Shown here piece after piece: positions 1-10,337 of a DNA stretch of 64,000 nt; position 1 is the stretch's first letter; every line of letters starts with the position of its first letter. Both the position numbers and the translations under genes were made by a program. The stretch is from an uncultured Nitrososphaeraceae archaeon (GTDB lineage Archaea > Thermoproteota > Nitrososphaeria > Nitrososphaerales > Nitrososphaeraceae): assembly GCA_963765895.1 (NCBI GenBank), contig CAVXZB010000024.1:192001-256000 (forward strand), read 5' to 3'. Under the pieces are notes generated by a model. That model was not told the DNA's origin, did no database searches, and was given only the letters and a program-made list of their open reading frames with translations.

Positions 1-1128
1 CCCGGCTGCGGTTGAGCCTCTCCCTGAAGTGTAAAGTCCTCTTGGTCCAATTTTCGCAGCAAATTTCAACATCTCGGATTTTGCTGTCCCAGGATCACCT
101 ACTAAAAATATATTTATATCACCTCTTCTTGCCGATCCATCGGTAAGTTTCTTTGTCACAGATCCAACAATTAGTAACAGGATTGCTTCCTTGATTACTT
201 CGTGACCATACACATGAGGAGCAAATGAAGCTATCAGTTTGTCATATGCATCTGGTTTACTAGCAATAGACAGAATTTGTTTCTCATCTGCACTACTGAT
301 AGCCATCCGTTCTATGCTTCTTGTTTCCTTGTTGCCTGCTCTGCCACCCAGATATTCAATATTATTTCCCTCCATCCTTAGCCGAAATAGATTCGTTTTC
401 AGCTGTGGTGAAACCTGTTCTTGCTCTATTCTCACTATACCTGTCAACATAATTCGATCACCGGGACGACATTGATCTACTAAATCGCCCATCACGGTTA
501 CCTCAATGTAATGCGGTAGCTGACCCGCAGGTAAATCTTCGGGTAGTTCTTGAAGGCGAACCATTTGAAAATCAGTAAAAACGCTATTTTCTGGATCCAT
601 ATCCAACTCTTTTTCGTCACAGTTACTGCATTTTGTTGGTTTCTTCAAAAGAAGGCCTTTTAATATGGCTTCGTTAATAGCATTACAGCTCATGCAACGA
701 TAGCCAATTTTCCTCGCAAGAGGTTTTACTTCTGATGATCTCACCACCATGCCCGATACGCCGATTAGCTTGTCGATCACATCGGCGCTGATTTCCCTTA
801 ATCCCTTCTGGACTGTATAATTGCCAATTCTAACTCTGAGCTTATCACGGATTTCCGTTGCGTAATCTATGTGAATTTCGCTTAGGATTGATAAAACTGC
901 CTGGTTGAATCCCACAAATATTTCATCAGGGTTGTGTGTAATCTGCTTCGCAAAATCTGGATTAAAGATGTCGAAATCAATGTAGTCTACTATTATCGAT
1001 GTCGAATTTAGCGACATCATATTATTAATTTTATCAAAATACTTGTAGCTACCCTCTCTATTTTTAAATGATCGTAAAAACCTTTCTAGCTCATTTGCCA
1101 GTGCAGAAGCAGTCTGCTGTTCAGCCAT
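1..1128 (-). CDS. mcm: Replicative helicase MCM (5' part; runs off the window start)
   Basis: Manual translation from ATG at 1128: MAEQQTASALANELERF..., Zn finger CMSC...CSNC, FTDFQMVRLQELPE, and Walker A region GDINIFLVGDPGTAKS followed by YTSGRGSTAAG. Missing from the ORF track because it is open at the edge. Confidence 0.97.
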   Translation of the reverse strand, partial: MAEQQTASALANELERFLRSFKNREGSYKYFDKINNMMSLNSTSIIVDYIDFDIFNPDFAKQITHNPDEIFVGFNQAVLSILSEIHIDYATEIRDKLRVRIGNYTVQKGLREISADVIDKLIGVSGMVVRSSEVKPLARKIGYRCMSCNAINEAILKGLLLKKPTKCSNCDEKELDMDPENSVFTDFQMVRLQELPEDLPAGQLPHYIEVTVMGDLVDQCRPGDRIMLTGIVRIEQEQVSPQLKTNLFRLRMEGNNIEYLGGRAGNKETRSIERMAISSADEKQILSIASKPDAYDKLIASFAPHVYGHEVIKEAILLLIVGSVTKKLTDGSARRGDINIFLVGDPGTAKSEMLKFAAKIGPRGLYTSGRGSTAAG

Positions 1129-1666
1129 ACTTATTTAACACTGTTTGTTTAAATAAGTCTGTAATACGGTGCATCATAAGATAAAGCTCATATTCTTCAG
1201 CGGATAATTTTTCTTTGACTTCAGGGGATAGTGGAGAAGCTGCTGCAAGTTTTGCGATTTTTTCCAACCGAGAAGCAATAAAAGAATTGAGTGAAACTGA
1301 CAACCTTTCACGGTCATCTTCACTAGAAGCTTCTAGATGATCTTTTAGCCTTATATAAAAGTCAGGATCAATACCCGATAAGTCATGAGGTCTTGCAATT
1401 CGCTCACGATTCAACGATCTCGAAACATAAGAAGATACGTCAATATCTTGGATATCAAGGACACCATTTCGATTCAGCACTTTTGCGAGCCATCGAGGAA
1501 TCATCGAGATATCCCCATCCTTTGCATCAATAAATACTCCGCCCAGATCTAAGTTAAGATCGTGTCTAAACGTGACTCGAATATCCTCCAACATAAATTG
1601 AATAAAATATATTAGTTGAATAGGGATCGCATTTGTCATGGTTAGAGCATGATAGTCATTTTGCAC
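1121..1666 (-). CDS. GINS subunit (Gins23/Psf2-like)
   Basis: IPRWLAKVL and DFYIRL motifs; overlaps the mcm start, matching the archaeal gins23-mcm operon. True start may be downstream of 1666. Confidence 0.85.
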   Translation of the reverse strand: MQNDYHALTMTNAIPIQLIYFIQFMLEDIRVTFRHDLNLDLGGVFIDAKDGDISMIPRWLAKVLNRNGVLDIQDIDVSSYVSRSLNRERIARPHDLSGIDPDFYIRLKDHLEASSEDDRERLSVSLNSFIASRLEKIAKLAAASPLSPEVKEKLSAEEYELYLMMHRITDLFKQTVLNKYG

Positions 1667-1951
1667 AGCTTTGATAATGGCTGCTTCCGTTATATCCTTT
1701 ATTGTATTTTAGTTGACTGCCAATCTATTAGTTTCATTGGATTTTCCAAAAGACAGACATCAATTCTAAAACAACGATTACCGATTTCTATCCCGAAGAC
1801 TGACAATAATGTCTGCTCGTTTTTAATAGCTGTATATTATTATCCTTAATATTCTCCTACATACAACGCCAGGCCGACTATATAATTTGAATGATTCCCA
1901 GGTTCGCAATCCTAATATGCGGTCTGATTTAATTCACTGGGTCAGACACCA

Positions 1952-2947
1952 ATGTCGACAACAAATAATACCTTTCAAAACTTGATGTGGGTTGAGAAAT
2001 ACCGACCACAAGACCTGGAGCAAATTGTTAATCAGAGCGAGGTAATTGGCGGGATTTCCAATCTTATCAAGGATCCTGAAGCTATTCCGCATCTACTTTT
2101 TGCCGGACCGCCAGGCGTAGGAAAAACTACAGCTGCCTTATGCATAGCTAAACACCTGCTCGGGGTAGATTGGCGAAAAGATACCCTAGAGTTAAACGCT
2201 TCCGATGAGAGGGGCATAAAAATGGTTAGAGAAAGGGTAAAATCATTCGCAGCTGTCTTCAAATTAGTTACAGATTCAAATAGCGAACAAAAGATGTATC
2301 GATTAATTGTACTAGATGAGGCCGATGAAATGACTCCAGAGGCGCAGACAGCATTAAGAAGAATTATTGAGGATAGTTCCAAAACGACGAGATTTATAAT
2401 TATATGTAATTATTTGTCGCAAATCATAGACCCACTTCAGAGTAGGTGTGTAATCTTTAGATTTACAAGATTGGCAGAAAAATATGTGGTAGACCATATG
2501 AAGATGATATGCAAAAAAGAAGGGATAAATTTTGAGGAGAAGGCGTTATCAAAAATATATGAAATTACCTCTGGCGATCTTCGTCTATCTATAAATATTC
2601 TTCAAGCCTCCGCAGCAACAAAACATGTGTCAATCTCGAATGTGCTGTCGACTATGGGGTTATCTGGTAGAGCAAAAGTAGCAGATGTTATCAGATTAGC
2701 CATTTCAGGGAAATTTAATGAATCGAGAATCAAGCTAATGGAATTGACGACGGTTTATGGCATGTCCCATAGTGACTTTTTAAAATATGCAAATCAAGAA
2801 ATCTATTCTATGAAGCTACCTAATCCAAACAAAATAGCTGTCCTGATGGCGGAATATGACTTTCGCTTGGCGACAGGAGCTCATCCTGATCTCCAGCTAA
2901 CTGCTTTTTTGGCGCAGCTGGCACACCATGGATCCGACCAATTGTAG
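1952..2947 (+). CDS. rfcS: Replication factor C small subunit
   Basis: WVEKYRP, Walker A GPPGVGKTT, ELNASDERG, LDEADEM, SRC motif. Confidence 0.97.
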   Translation: MSTTNNTFQNLMWVEKYRPQDLEQIVNQSEVIGGISNLIKDPEAIPHLLFAGPPGVGKTTAALCIAKHLLGVDWRKDTLELNASDERGIKMVRERVKSFAAVFKLVTDSNSEQKMYRLIVLDEADEMTPEAQTALRRIIEDSSKTTRFIIICNYLSQIIDPLQSRCVIFRFTRLAEKYVVDHMKMICKKEGINFEEKALSKIYEITSGDLRLSINILQASAATKHVSISNVLSTMGLSGRAKVADVIRLAISGKFNESRIKLMELTTVYGMSHSDFLKYANQEIYSMKLPNPNKIAVLMAEYDFRLATGAHPDLQLTAFLAQLAHHGSDQL

Positions 2948-3716
2948 ATATTTCATGTTAGTTGATCCTTATTCTAAATATATCGACTGCTAAAGGATTT
3001 CACAATATCTATTTATGCTTAAAGTTAATTTTGCGAGGCGACTTAGTTAGCACAAATATTTACAGAAGACGAATCCGGGCTCATGTATCATCCTGATTTG
3101 GCAGAGAATTATAAACAGTATTGCTATTCAAAGGTATGAGATTCATTTGTACAACGTTAAAGAGGAGATAGTCAGGGATAGGTACCAGCTAACGGTACAT
3201 CCTGCTAGCACAATGTCTAATTCAAGACTTCAATTGTACTCCAGACTTTATCCTTTCCAAGCCTAGCGATAACATTGCTTAGAAATGCAAATGGCGCTAT
3301 CATACCATCATGCACAGGAGTGACAAACAGTGATGTCATCAACCACACTTGCGATCGTAAAGCAGAGGTATTTGAATTCAATGAAACAATGTACAGGAGA
3401 GGTCTAGACAAAATATGTCTTTTATATGACTATAGGCGTAGTATACTAGCCTTAATAGGATCCTCGAGACTGAGGTCGATTAGATAGCGTCTATAGAATC
3501 AAACAGGTTTGACAGCCCACCCAGGCTAGATGACATTTAAATGCTCACGTAGAATGTACCAGTATCCAAATAAAACAAAGTCACGTCAGCCTAACAGCTT
3601 CTACCACACTCAGCAGCATTGAAATATCTATACATGACTTGCTACTTATAGACATGAATGTAAGGCAGAGATATTAATTGAAAACCTTATATCGGAATCT
3701 CTTTTTATAGCACACC

Positions 3717-4065
3717 ATGAAACGTATAGAAGCAATTATCCCGCATGAGAAGACAACGGAGTTAAATGAAGCATTGAAAGAAGCCGGGGTAGGAGGTTGT
3801 ACTATTCTGGAAGCGAAAGGCCGAGGAAAGGGTGAAAAAGCAGTGGTTGAATCTGGAAGAGGAACAGCTCGGTTTGTATCAGAATTCTCAGTGAGATCAA
3901 ATTTTGTCATAATTGTTGGTGACTCAGAAGTCGACAAAGTAGTTACAACGATTTTAGGTACAGTCAGGTACTGGTTCGACAGGTGATGGCAAGATCTTTA
4001 TCTCTCCAGTGAATGATGCTATCGATATAGGCACAAGGAAAAAAGGAGAAACTGCGGTTGTATAG
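3717..4065 (+). CDS. P-II nitrogen regulatory protein (GlnB/GlnK family), one frameshift near 3967
   Basis: MKRIEAII...KGRGKG; the conserved C-terminus GTGSTGDGKIFISPVNDAIDIGTRKKGETAVV* is in another frame, ending at TAG 4065. Confidence 0.9.
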
Positions 4066-4393
4066 TACCTAAGGATTGAATGTCAGTTGCAAATTTAGTT
4101 GACATGTTGGTTTACGTTGAATCTTGCATTAACTTACGAGTAAACCAGAGAAGTATACAAAATCCCCAGTTATAGCCGGAGAATATGTTAGAGTGGAACG
4201 TCAAATTACAATGGGATCGCCTAATGAAGGAAGCTTAATGTTGAGAAGAAAAATAAACTATTAATCACTGGATCTTGAATCTGATTTGCTTCTAATATGT
4301 TTCTAAGTTTATTATATGAACATGCAAAAATACTATACCAATTCGGTTTTAAGAATCCAACCAAATTTTATTATAATTTTACTAGGAGTAAAA

Positions 4394-4468
4394 CGGGCCC
4401 GGAGGGCTTCGATCCCTCGCCCTGCGGTTCCGAAGACCGCCACGATGTCCTGACTACGCTACGAGCCC
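4394..4468 (-). tRNA. tRNA-Arg(TCG), intron-less, CCA not encoded
   Basis: Acceptor stem GGGCTCG/CGGGCCC; anticodon arm GCGGT-CT-TCG-GA-ACCGC; T arm GAGGG-ATCGAAG-CCCTC. Confidence 0.93.
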
Positions 4469-4881
4469 GACAATGTTTGATTAAATGGTAGTCTTAAATC
4501 TATTCTTCTGGAAAACAGTGCAAAGACTAATCAGTCTTTTGTAAAAAACTGAGGTCGAAGTCAATTATACAGTATGAAATCTTCAGATCAGCTATCCATA
4601 ACCTTCTAGTCCTATGGAGCGAGGGTGTAAATATAATAATGAACTTGGGTATTATTATCTGCATTTGTTCTAAAAGGTTGGTGAAGATAGTGCAGCAGCA
4701 GTATCTTGTAGAAATAAAAGGAGTATCTCTGTTACAAATATTCTTACCATGCCAACTCATTGACATCATGGATTCTCTTTTGTAAATGGTGCATATTACA
4801 TTTGAGATAACGTCGGATTAGTTCCAGGATTATTATACATAACCATTTATCTCTGGTCTATTCCTTTCATCTACTACCTAA

Positions 4882-6066
4882 TTGAAAGTTTCAGAAAGAA
4901 CAAGTGGTGTAGAATATGCAATTCGTGATATCATCCTACATGCCAAAAGTTATGAGGAATCCGGAAAGGAAATAATATACCTTAACATCGGAGATCCCGT
5001 TAGGTTTGATTTCAAAACTCCAGATCACATCAAAAGAGCACTAATAGATGCTGTAAATAATGAAGAAAATTACTATGCTGAATCAGAAGGCCTTCCAGAA
5101 CTCAAAAGGGCAGTTGTTGAAAAAGAAAATGAAAAGGGGTTAGCAGTAGTAGAAGACGATGTCATTATCTCTAATGGTGTTTCTGAGGGGCTAGATATGG
5201 TAATGGCATCAGTCATAGATCCCAATAGTGAAGTGCTTATGCCAGGACCATATTATCCCCCCTACGCATCTTATGTCAAGTTCTATGGAGGAAGACCTAT
5301 CGAATTTGAGTTGCATCAAAATGGGGGGATTGATGTTGAAGACATAGTCTCAAAAATTACACCGAAGTCGAGGGCAATATGTATTATCAATCCGAATAAT
5401 CCTACTGGCGAAGTCTTTGACAGGAAGAATTTGCAAAAGGTAATTGATCTAGCGGCCGAATATGATCTTTACTTAATATGCGATGAAATTTATGATAAAA
5501 TAATATTCGACGAACAATTTGTGGGTATTGGGAGAGTCTCAAAAGATGCTCCGGTAATTTTATTGAATGGCTTTTCGAAGTCTTACCTAATGACTGGATG
5601 GCGTTGTGGTTATATTTGCTTGAACAGTGATTCAAAACGCCTTGAATTATTACGAACAAATATCCCCAAATTGGCTAGAGTTCGGATAGCTTCTAACCTG
5701 CCTGTTCAAGTTGCAGCGGTGCAGGCTTTGCGTGGGCCGCAAGATCATATAAACATCATGGTCGAGAAGCTCAAACGAAGGCGAGATTATATAGTCAGAC
5801 GCTTGAACTCTATTAATGGAATAAGTTGCATTAGTCCTCGTGGTGCATTTTACGTATTCCCAGAGATCGATTTAGGACATAATTGGAAAAATGACAAGGA
5901 ATTTGTCTTAGACTTTTTTGATAATACCGGAGTTCTTACAGTAAATGGGTCAGGATTCGGTAGTAAATATGGGTCCAGTCATTTTAGAGCAGTTTATTTA
6001 CCTTCTGAAGATATTCTTGAAAAAGCCATGAATAAATTGGAATTATTTATGAAATCAACTGTCTAG
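4882..6066 (+). CDS. PLP-dependent aminotransferase class I/II (AlaA-like)
   Basis: LNIGDP, INPNNPTG, DEIYD, PLP-lysine motif NGFSKSYLMTGWRCG, GAFY. Confidence 0.93.
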   Translation: MKVSERTSGVEYAIRDIILHAKSYEESGKEIIYLNIGDPVRFDFKTPDHIKRALIDAVNNEENYYAESEGLPELKRAVVEKENEKGLAVVEDDVIISNGVSEGLDMVMASVIDPNSEVLMPGPYYPPYASYVKFYGGRPIEFELHQNGGIDVEDIVSKITPKSRAICIINPNNPTGEVFDRKNLQKVIDLAAEYDLYLICDEIYDKIIFDEQFVGIGRVSKDAPVILLNGFSKSYLMTGWRCGYICLNSDSKRLELLRTNIPKLARVRIASNLPVQVAAVQALRGPQDHINIMVEKLKRRRDYIVRRLNSINGISCISPRGAFYVFPEIDLGHNWKNDKEFVLDFFDNTGVLTVNGSGFGSKYGSSHFRAVYLPSEDILEKAMNKLELFMKSTV

Positions 6067-6292
6067 AGAATTTGATGCCATAATGTGTTTTCCTAAAATT
6101 GTATACCTCCTGGCCGATTGGTCAGATATACGTGCTGGCTTGAAATGCCAGATTTTGAAAGAGATACGCTAGAAAAGATTGATTGTCAGATAATAGCAAA
6201 CGGTTCTAATCAAATTAGCTCAATATGTCTGGATGAGATCTCTATTATACTAAGCCCTACCAAAAACAGTATATCAACAAGATCATCTAGGA

Positions 6293-7558
6293 TTATATCT
6301 CAATAACTTCTCCTGTTTCGGGCGCCCTTGCATCAAAACCGTATTTTTCATTAATTTCTTCTGCAAATCGTATACAGGAGATACCATCCCCGTGTACTGT
6401 CAATACTTTAGGAGTGCCTTCAATACGATCGAGGATCTCAAATAGTTCTGTTCTGCTATTGTGAGCAGAAAATTCAAACCGTTTTACGTCTGCTAGGCAT
6501 CTTTTTTCTTTACCATTAAACATAGTCACTCTTTTTTCCAGTAGTATTCTACCGGGTGTATTGTTTGCCTGGTAGGACACCAGCGCGACCCCGTTCCGCT
6601 CATCCTTTGCTATTTCCTGTAGGTAAAAAATTGCTGATCCTCCTACTAGCATACCTGCAGGAGATATGATAACACAAGGCTCTTTCACGACTTTTTTCCT
6701 TCTATTCCAGCCTCTCACCCATTCTGCTTCACCTATTGCCTGCTTGAACATATCAGGATTCCTTAGGAATGACGGATGTCTCAGCATAATTTCGTTAGCT
6801 TTGAGGGCCATCCCATCCATAACAATCTTATGATTAAAGTTATAGTTTTTTAAGACGATTGAAATCTCCTGAGCACGTTCAACAGAGAACGCAGGGATAA
6901 ACAATGTCCCGCGTCTTTCAATTACTTCGTTTGCAAATTCCACCAGATCCCTTTCGGATTGTTCTCGAGGAGTCTGTTCTGATTGCGAATATGTACTCTC
7001 TATAATTAATAGATCAATTTTTCCTATATCTAAATCGGCAGGTCTAAGCAGGTTTGTGCCTCTCGTGTTAATATCACCTGTATAAAAAATACGCTTAGCG
7101 TCAGATTCGGCTAGGATAGTTGCTCCTCCAAGTATATGGCCAGATTCATGCAGAGTTATCTTGAGATCGTTGTTTATAGAAATCGGTTCACGATATTGTA
7201 AAACCTTGGAATGGTCCATCATAGTCATTATATCAACGTACTCAAAAGGTAGATAGAATCCGGATATTTTTATCATATCTTCCAAAAGAAGTCTCGATAG
7301 TTCGAAAGTGGGAAGAGTCCCAATAGCCTGCAGACTAGTATTTTTTGATAAGAATAAAGATGGCACAAATCCTGAATGATCCAAATGGGCGTGTGAAATT
7401 ACGACCGCATCTATGTCTCTCGGCCTGACATGTACAGGAAAATTTGGTTCTCTCTTTAAAAGAACGCCATAGTCTAAGAGAACATTTGTATTATTAGTAG
7501 TAATGAGAAACGCAGAGCGGCCCACTTCCTTTGCTGCCCCTAGTACAGATACTTTCAT
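6293..7558 (-). CDS. MBL-fold beta-CASP ribonuclease (aCPSF2-like, no KH domains)
   Basis: GAAKEVGRSA, SHAHLDHSG, SGHILGG, TGD, ESTY, FSAH, VHG. Confidence 0.92.
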   Translation of the reverse strand: MKVSVLGAAKEVGRSAFLITTNNTNVLLDYGVLLKREPNFPVHVRPRDIDAVVISHAHLDHSGFVPSLFLSKNTSLQAIGTLPTFELSRLLLEDMIKISGFYLPFEYVDIMTMMDHSKVLQYREPISINNDLKITLHESGHILGGATILAESDAKRIFYTGDINTRGTNLLRPADLDIGKIDLLIIESTYSQSEQTPREQSERDLVEFANEVIERRGTLFIPAFSVERAQEISIVLKNYNFNHKIVMDGMALKANEIMLRHPSFLRNPDMFKQAIGEAEWVRGWNRRKKVVKEPCVIISPAGMLVGGSAIFYLQEIAKDERNGVALVSYQANNTPGRILLEKRVTMFNGKEKRCLADVKRFEFSAHNSRTELFEILDRIEGTPKVLTVHGDGISCIRFAEEINEKYGFDARAPETGEVIEI

Positions 7559-7652
7559 TATTTTGCACTACCGAGGTTCTGTAGATTATGCCATACCCTG
7601 GCGGTACAGATAATAGAGATTAGAGAACAAGTGTATGCTTAGGTAAGGCAAA

Positions 7653-8549
7653 TTAGCTATTGTCAAAATAAATCTCCCAGAGACGTTCTCCGCAAGAAGT
7701 AGGATCACCCGTTCTCTCTAGATATCTAAACCCGCATTCGTCTAGCACGTCCTCAAAGTCATATCGGTTGCTCAACAATTTACATTCTTCGTTAATACTT
7801 CGTTTTAGTGCCTTCACTATAACCTCAGACTTTTTCTCGTTGCTGCAATATATATACCATAGATTATGGGCTCTTCGCATACTTGAAAGCTTGAGATGCG
7901 TTTCCAACGGAATCTTCGTATAATAACGATTCATTATTTCATAATTGACGTCGTCCCACGATGGAGTACGCCAGTACGCAATCCTTTTGTAGCCATGACC
8001 ATCATATTCTGCGGCAAGACTGAGTCCTTGGTCTAATGTTGTAATCACGATCTCAGACCTAAGCTTGACTGCATCTCTAAAATCCACCCCAGGATCCATC
8101 CAGCCAACAAAAATGACATCGAAGTCTTGTTCGATACTCCACTGTGCGTCTGCAATCTTAATGAAATTAGGTTTTTTAATCTCGCACTCATAAAAAATTT
8201 CTGAATTTTTTTCTATGCCAATTGCGTTTGGAATATACTGTCTTATCCTCTTTAAGAAGTCTCCGTAACCACATCCCACGTCCAAATATGATGGATCGTT
8301 TGAAATCGAATATGCTATTGAAACTACACGCAAGACATCAATTTTTCTATATGAAAAATAAGTCCCGCACAGAAAGGGAAAACTATAGCGTTCGTGATGC
8401 CTTGATATTGAATGCGTTCTATAAAGCTTTAGGGAATTTATTCCTTCCTTTAATGCGTGACAGCTATACGACATTATACATATGTTCTCCAAACATCCTA
8501 AGAACCATATTAATCTACAGCAGTCAGATGTTATTTTATTATGAAGCAT
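7653..8549 (-). CDS. Class I SAM-dependent methyltransferase-like protein
   Basis: YLDVGCGYG, GIE and FDVIF motifs; start codon uncertain. Confidence 0.7.
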   Translation of the reverse strand: MLHNKITSDCCRLIWFLGCLENICIMSYSCHALKEGINSLKLYRTHSISRHHERYSFPFLCGTYFSYRKIDVLRVVSIAYSISNDPSYLDVGCGYGDFLKRIRQYIPNAIGIEKNSEIFYECEIKKPNFIKIADAQWSIEQDFDVIFVGWMDPGVDFRDAVKLRSEIVITTLDQGLSLAAEYDGHGYKRIAYWRTPSWDDVNYEIMNRYYTKIPLETHLKLSSMRRAHNLWYIYCSNEKKSEVIVKALKRSINEECKLLSNRYDFEDVLDECGFRYLERTGDPTSCGERLWEIYFDNS

Positions 8550-8786
8550 ACCATTTGAAAATGGCTTATAGCCGCATTACTCAGCATACGATAGTACTTC
8601 CTCTGTTGCAATACAGTTTGCGAATATCACAGGATGTATACTTATCTAGCTCACCAGATCTACTCCAACTTTGGGACAATGGATGTATGGCGGTTTAGAA
8701 CACCTTCGCCTTCTGGTTTAATTCCAATTAGTATGGTAATAAACCGGATAGAATTTAATAGGCACAATTTCTTGCCGTTCCTATAG

Positions 8787-9833
8787 ATGGATATTCAAGA
8801 GCGCATAGATTTGATTACGAGGTCTCCAACTGAGGAGGTCGTTAGGACGGAAGAACTTGAAGATTTATTTGAAGTCACTTCCTCTCCCAGACATTATATT
8901 GGACTAGAAATTTCTGGTAAACTGCATCTTGGAAGTTTAGTATTAACTGGTTTCAAGATTAATGATTTTATTAAGGCTAAAGTTAAGGCGATGGTGTTTC
9001 TTGCCGACTGGCACAGCTACATAAATAATAAGCTTGGCGGAAATTGGGAAAAAATTGAGATAATGGGGAAATACTACGCTGACGCATTTAATTTTTTTTG
9101 TCCAGGTGTTCAGATCGTAACAGGCAGTGAGCTTTACTCGAAATGCGGAGTCGATTATTGTCTAGACCTCATTAGATTCAGCAAACACTTGACTTTGGCA
9201 CGGGCAACTCGATCACTAACAATCATGGGAAGGACCGAGAAAGATGCCCTCGATCTATCTCAGTTACTGTATCCCCCTATGCAGTCAGCTGATATCAAAG
9301 CCCTTGATATAGATATAGTTCATGCTGGAATGGATCAAAGGAAAATCCATATGCTTGTAAGGGAAGTCTTCCCTAAACTTAATTGGAAAGTGCCAGTCAT
9401 GGTACACCATCATCTGTTACCAGGTCTATCCGAGCCAGCCATGCTTGGACAAACTGATTCATTAGAGGAAAGATATATTTGCAGTAAAATGAGCAAGAGC
9501 AATCCATCTAGCGGGATCGCAATTCACGACGATGAAAAGACAATTCATGAAAAAATTCGTAAGGCATATTGTCCTATTGACACTAGTGAAGACAATCCGG
9601 TTCTCGAATTGGTTAATTATGTAATCTTCCATGAATTTTCGCACTTTACTATCGAACGTTCATCAAAACATGGTGGAAATATCACTTATTATAACCAGAA
9701 CGATGTCACAAAAGACTTTCTGATGAAAAAAATTCATCCTATGGATTTGAAGAACGCAGTAGCTGTGCACATTAATAGAATAGTTGAGCCGATAAGAAAC
9801 CATTTTGAAGGTAGGGAACCTGAATTTAGCTAG
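8787..9833 (+). CDS. tyrS: Tyrosine-tRNA ligase (archaeal type)
   Basis: YIGLEISGKLHLG (HIGH-like), ADWH, YPPMQSAD, GMDQRKIH, KMSKS, HPMDLK. Confidence 0.97.
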   Translation: MDIQERIDLITRSPTEEVVRTEELEDLFEVTSSPRHYIGLEISGKLHLGSLVLTGFKINDFIKAKVKAMVFLADWHSYINNKLGGNWEKIEIMGKYYADAFNFFCPGVQIVTGSELYSKCGVDYCLDLIRFSKHLTLARATRSLTIMGRTEKDALDLSQLLYPPMQSADIKALDIDIVHAGMDQRKIHMLVREVFPKLNWKVPVMVHHHLLPGLSEPAMLGQTDSLEERYICSKMSKSNPSSGIAIHDDEKTIHEKIRKAYCPIDTSEDNPVLELVNYVIFHEFSHFTIERSSKHGGNITYYNQNDVTKDFLMKKIHPMDLKNAVAVHINRIVEPIRNHFEGREPEFS

Positions 9834-10337
9834 TTAATAAGTAAAATTTTGCCTATTCTAGATAGAAACTTGTTAGTCTGAATGATATCAGAGATTTCAT
9901 ACCTTTCTCTGTATTTTTAGATGTCGTTGGTTGCAATGGTCGCTTGTTATGGTTTGATTTAAGACGTATGGAGTGGTGTGCCATCATAAGGAGATCCCGC
10001 CTAATAGATATAGGTCAAATAGTACATATCAAGCTCTTGCAGAACCTATCCTGGAGTAAATCAAATCTTCAACATCTCCGCGATTTCGCTATATTTTTTT
10101 TACGTACCCGGAAAGCAGTTTTATTATTGAAAGATTGAGGATTACGGACATGGAACTTGTATATGAAAGAATGTTTCATACCTTTCAGCTAGGAAAGTAT
10201 ACATTATAAATCATGATATATATTTATTTAATAATGAAAGAGCTACTGAATCTAGGTGTTAGGAAATCACTTTAGAACGTCAAGTAGTAAAACAAGTAGA
10301 ATTAGATAGAAAAAGATGGTTAGTACGATATCTATTA

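Noticed and set aside
4394-4468. tRNA-Arg as the integration target
   Set aside because: No duplicate of its 3' end was noticed, and it is ~14 kb from the integrase with core genes in between.
239-9644. Short ORFs such as 239-475, 2032-2382, 3674-3937, 5402-5659, 8222-8698 and 9462-9644
   Set aside because: Antisense shadows of well-supported genes.
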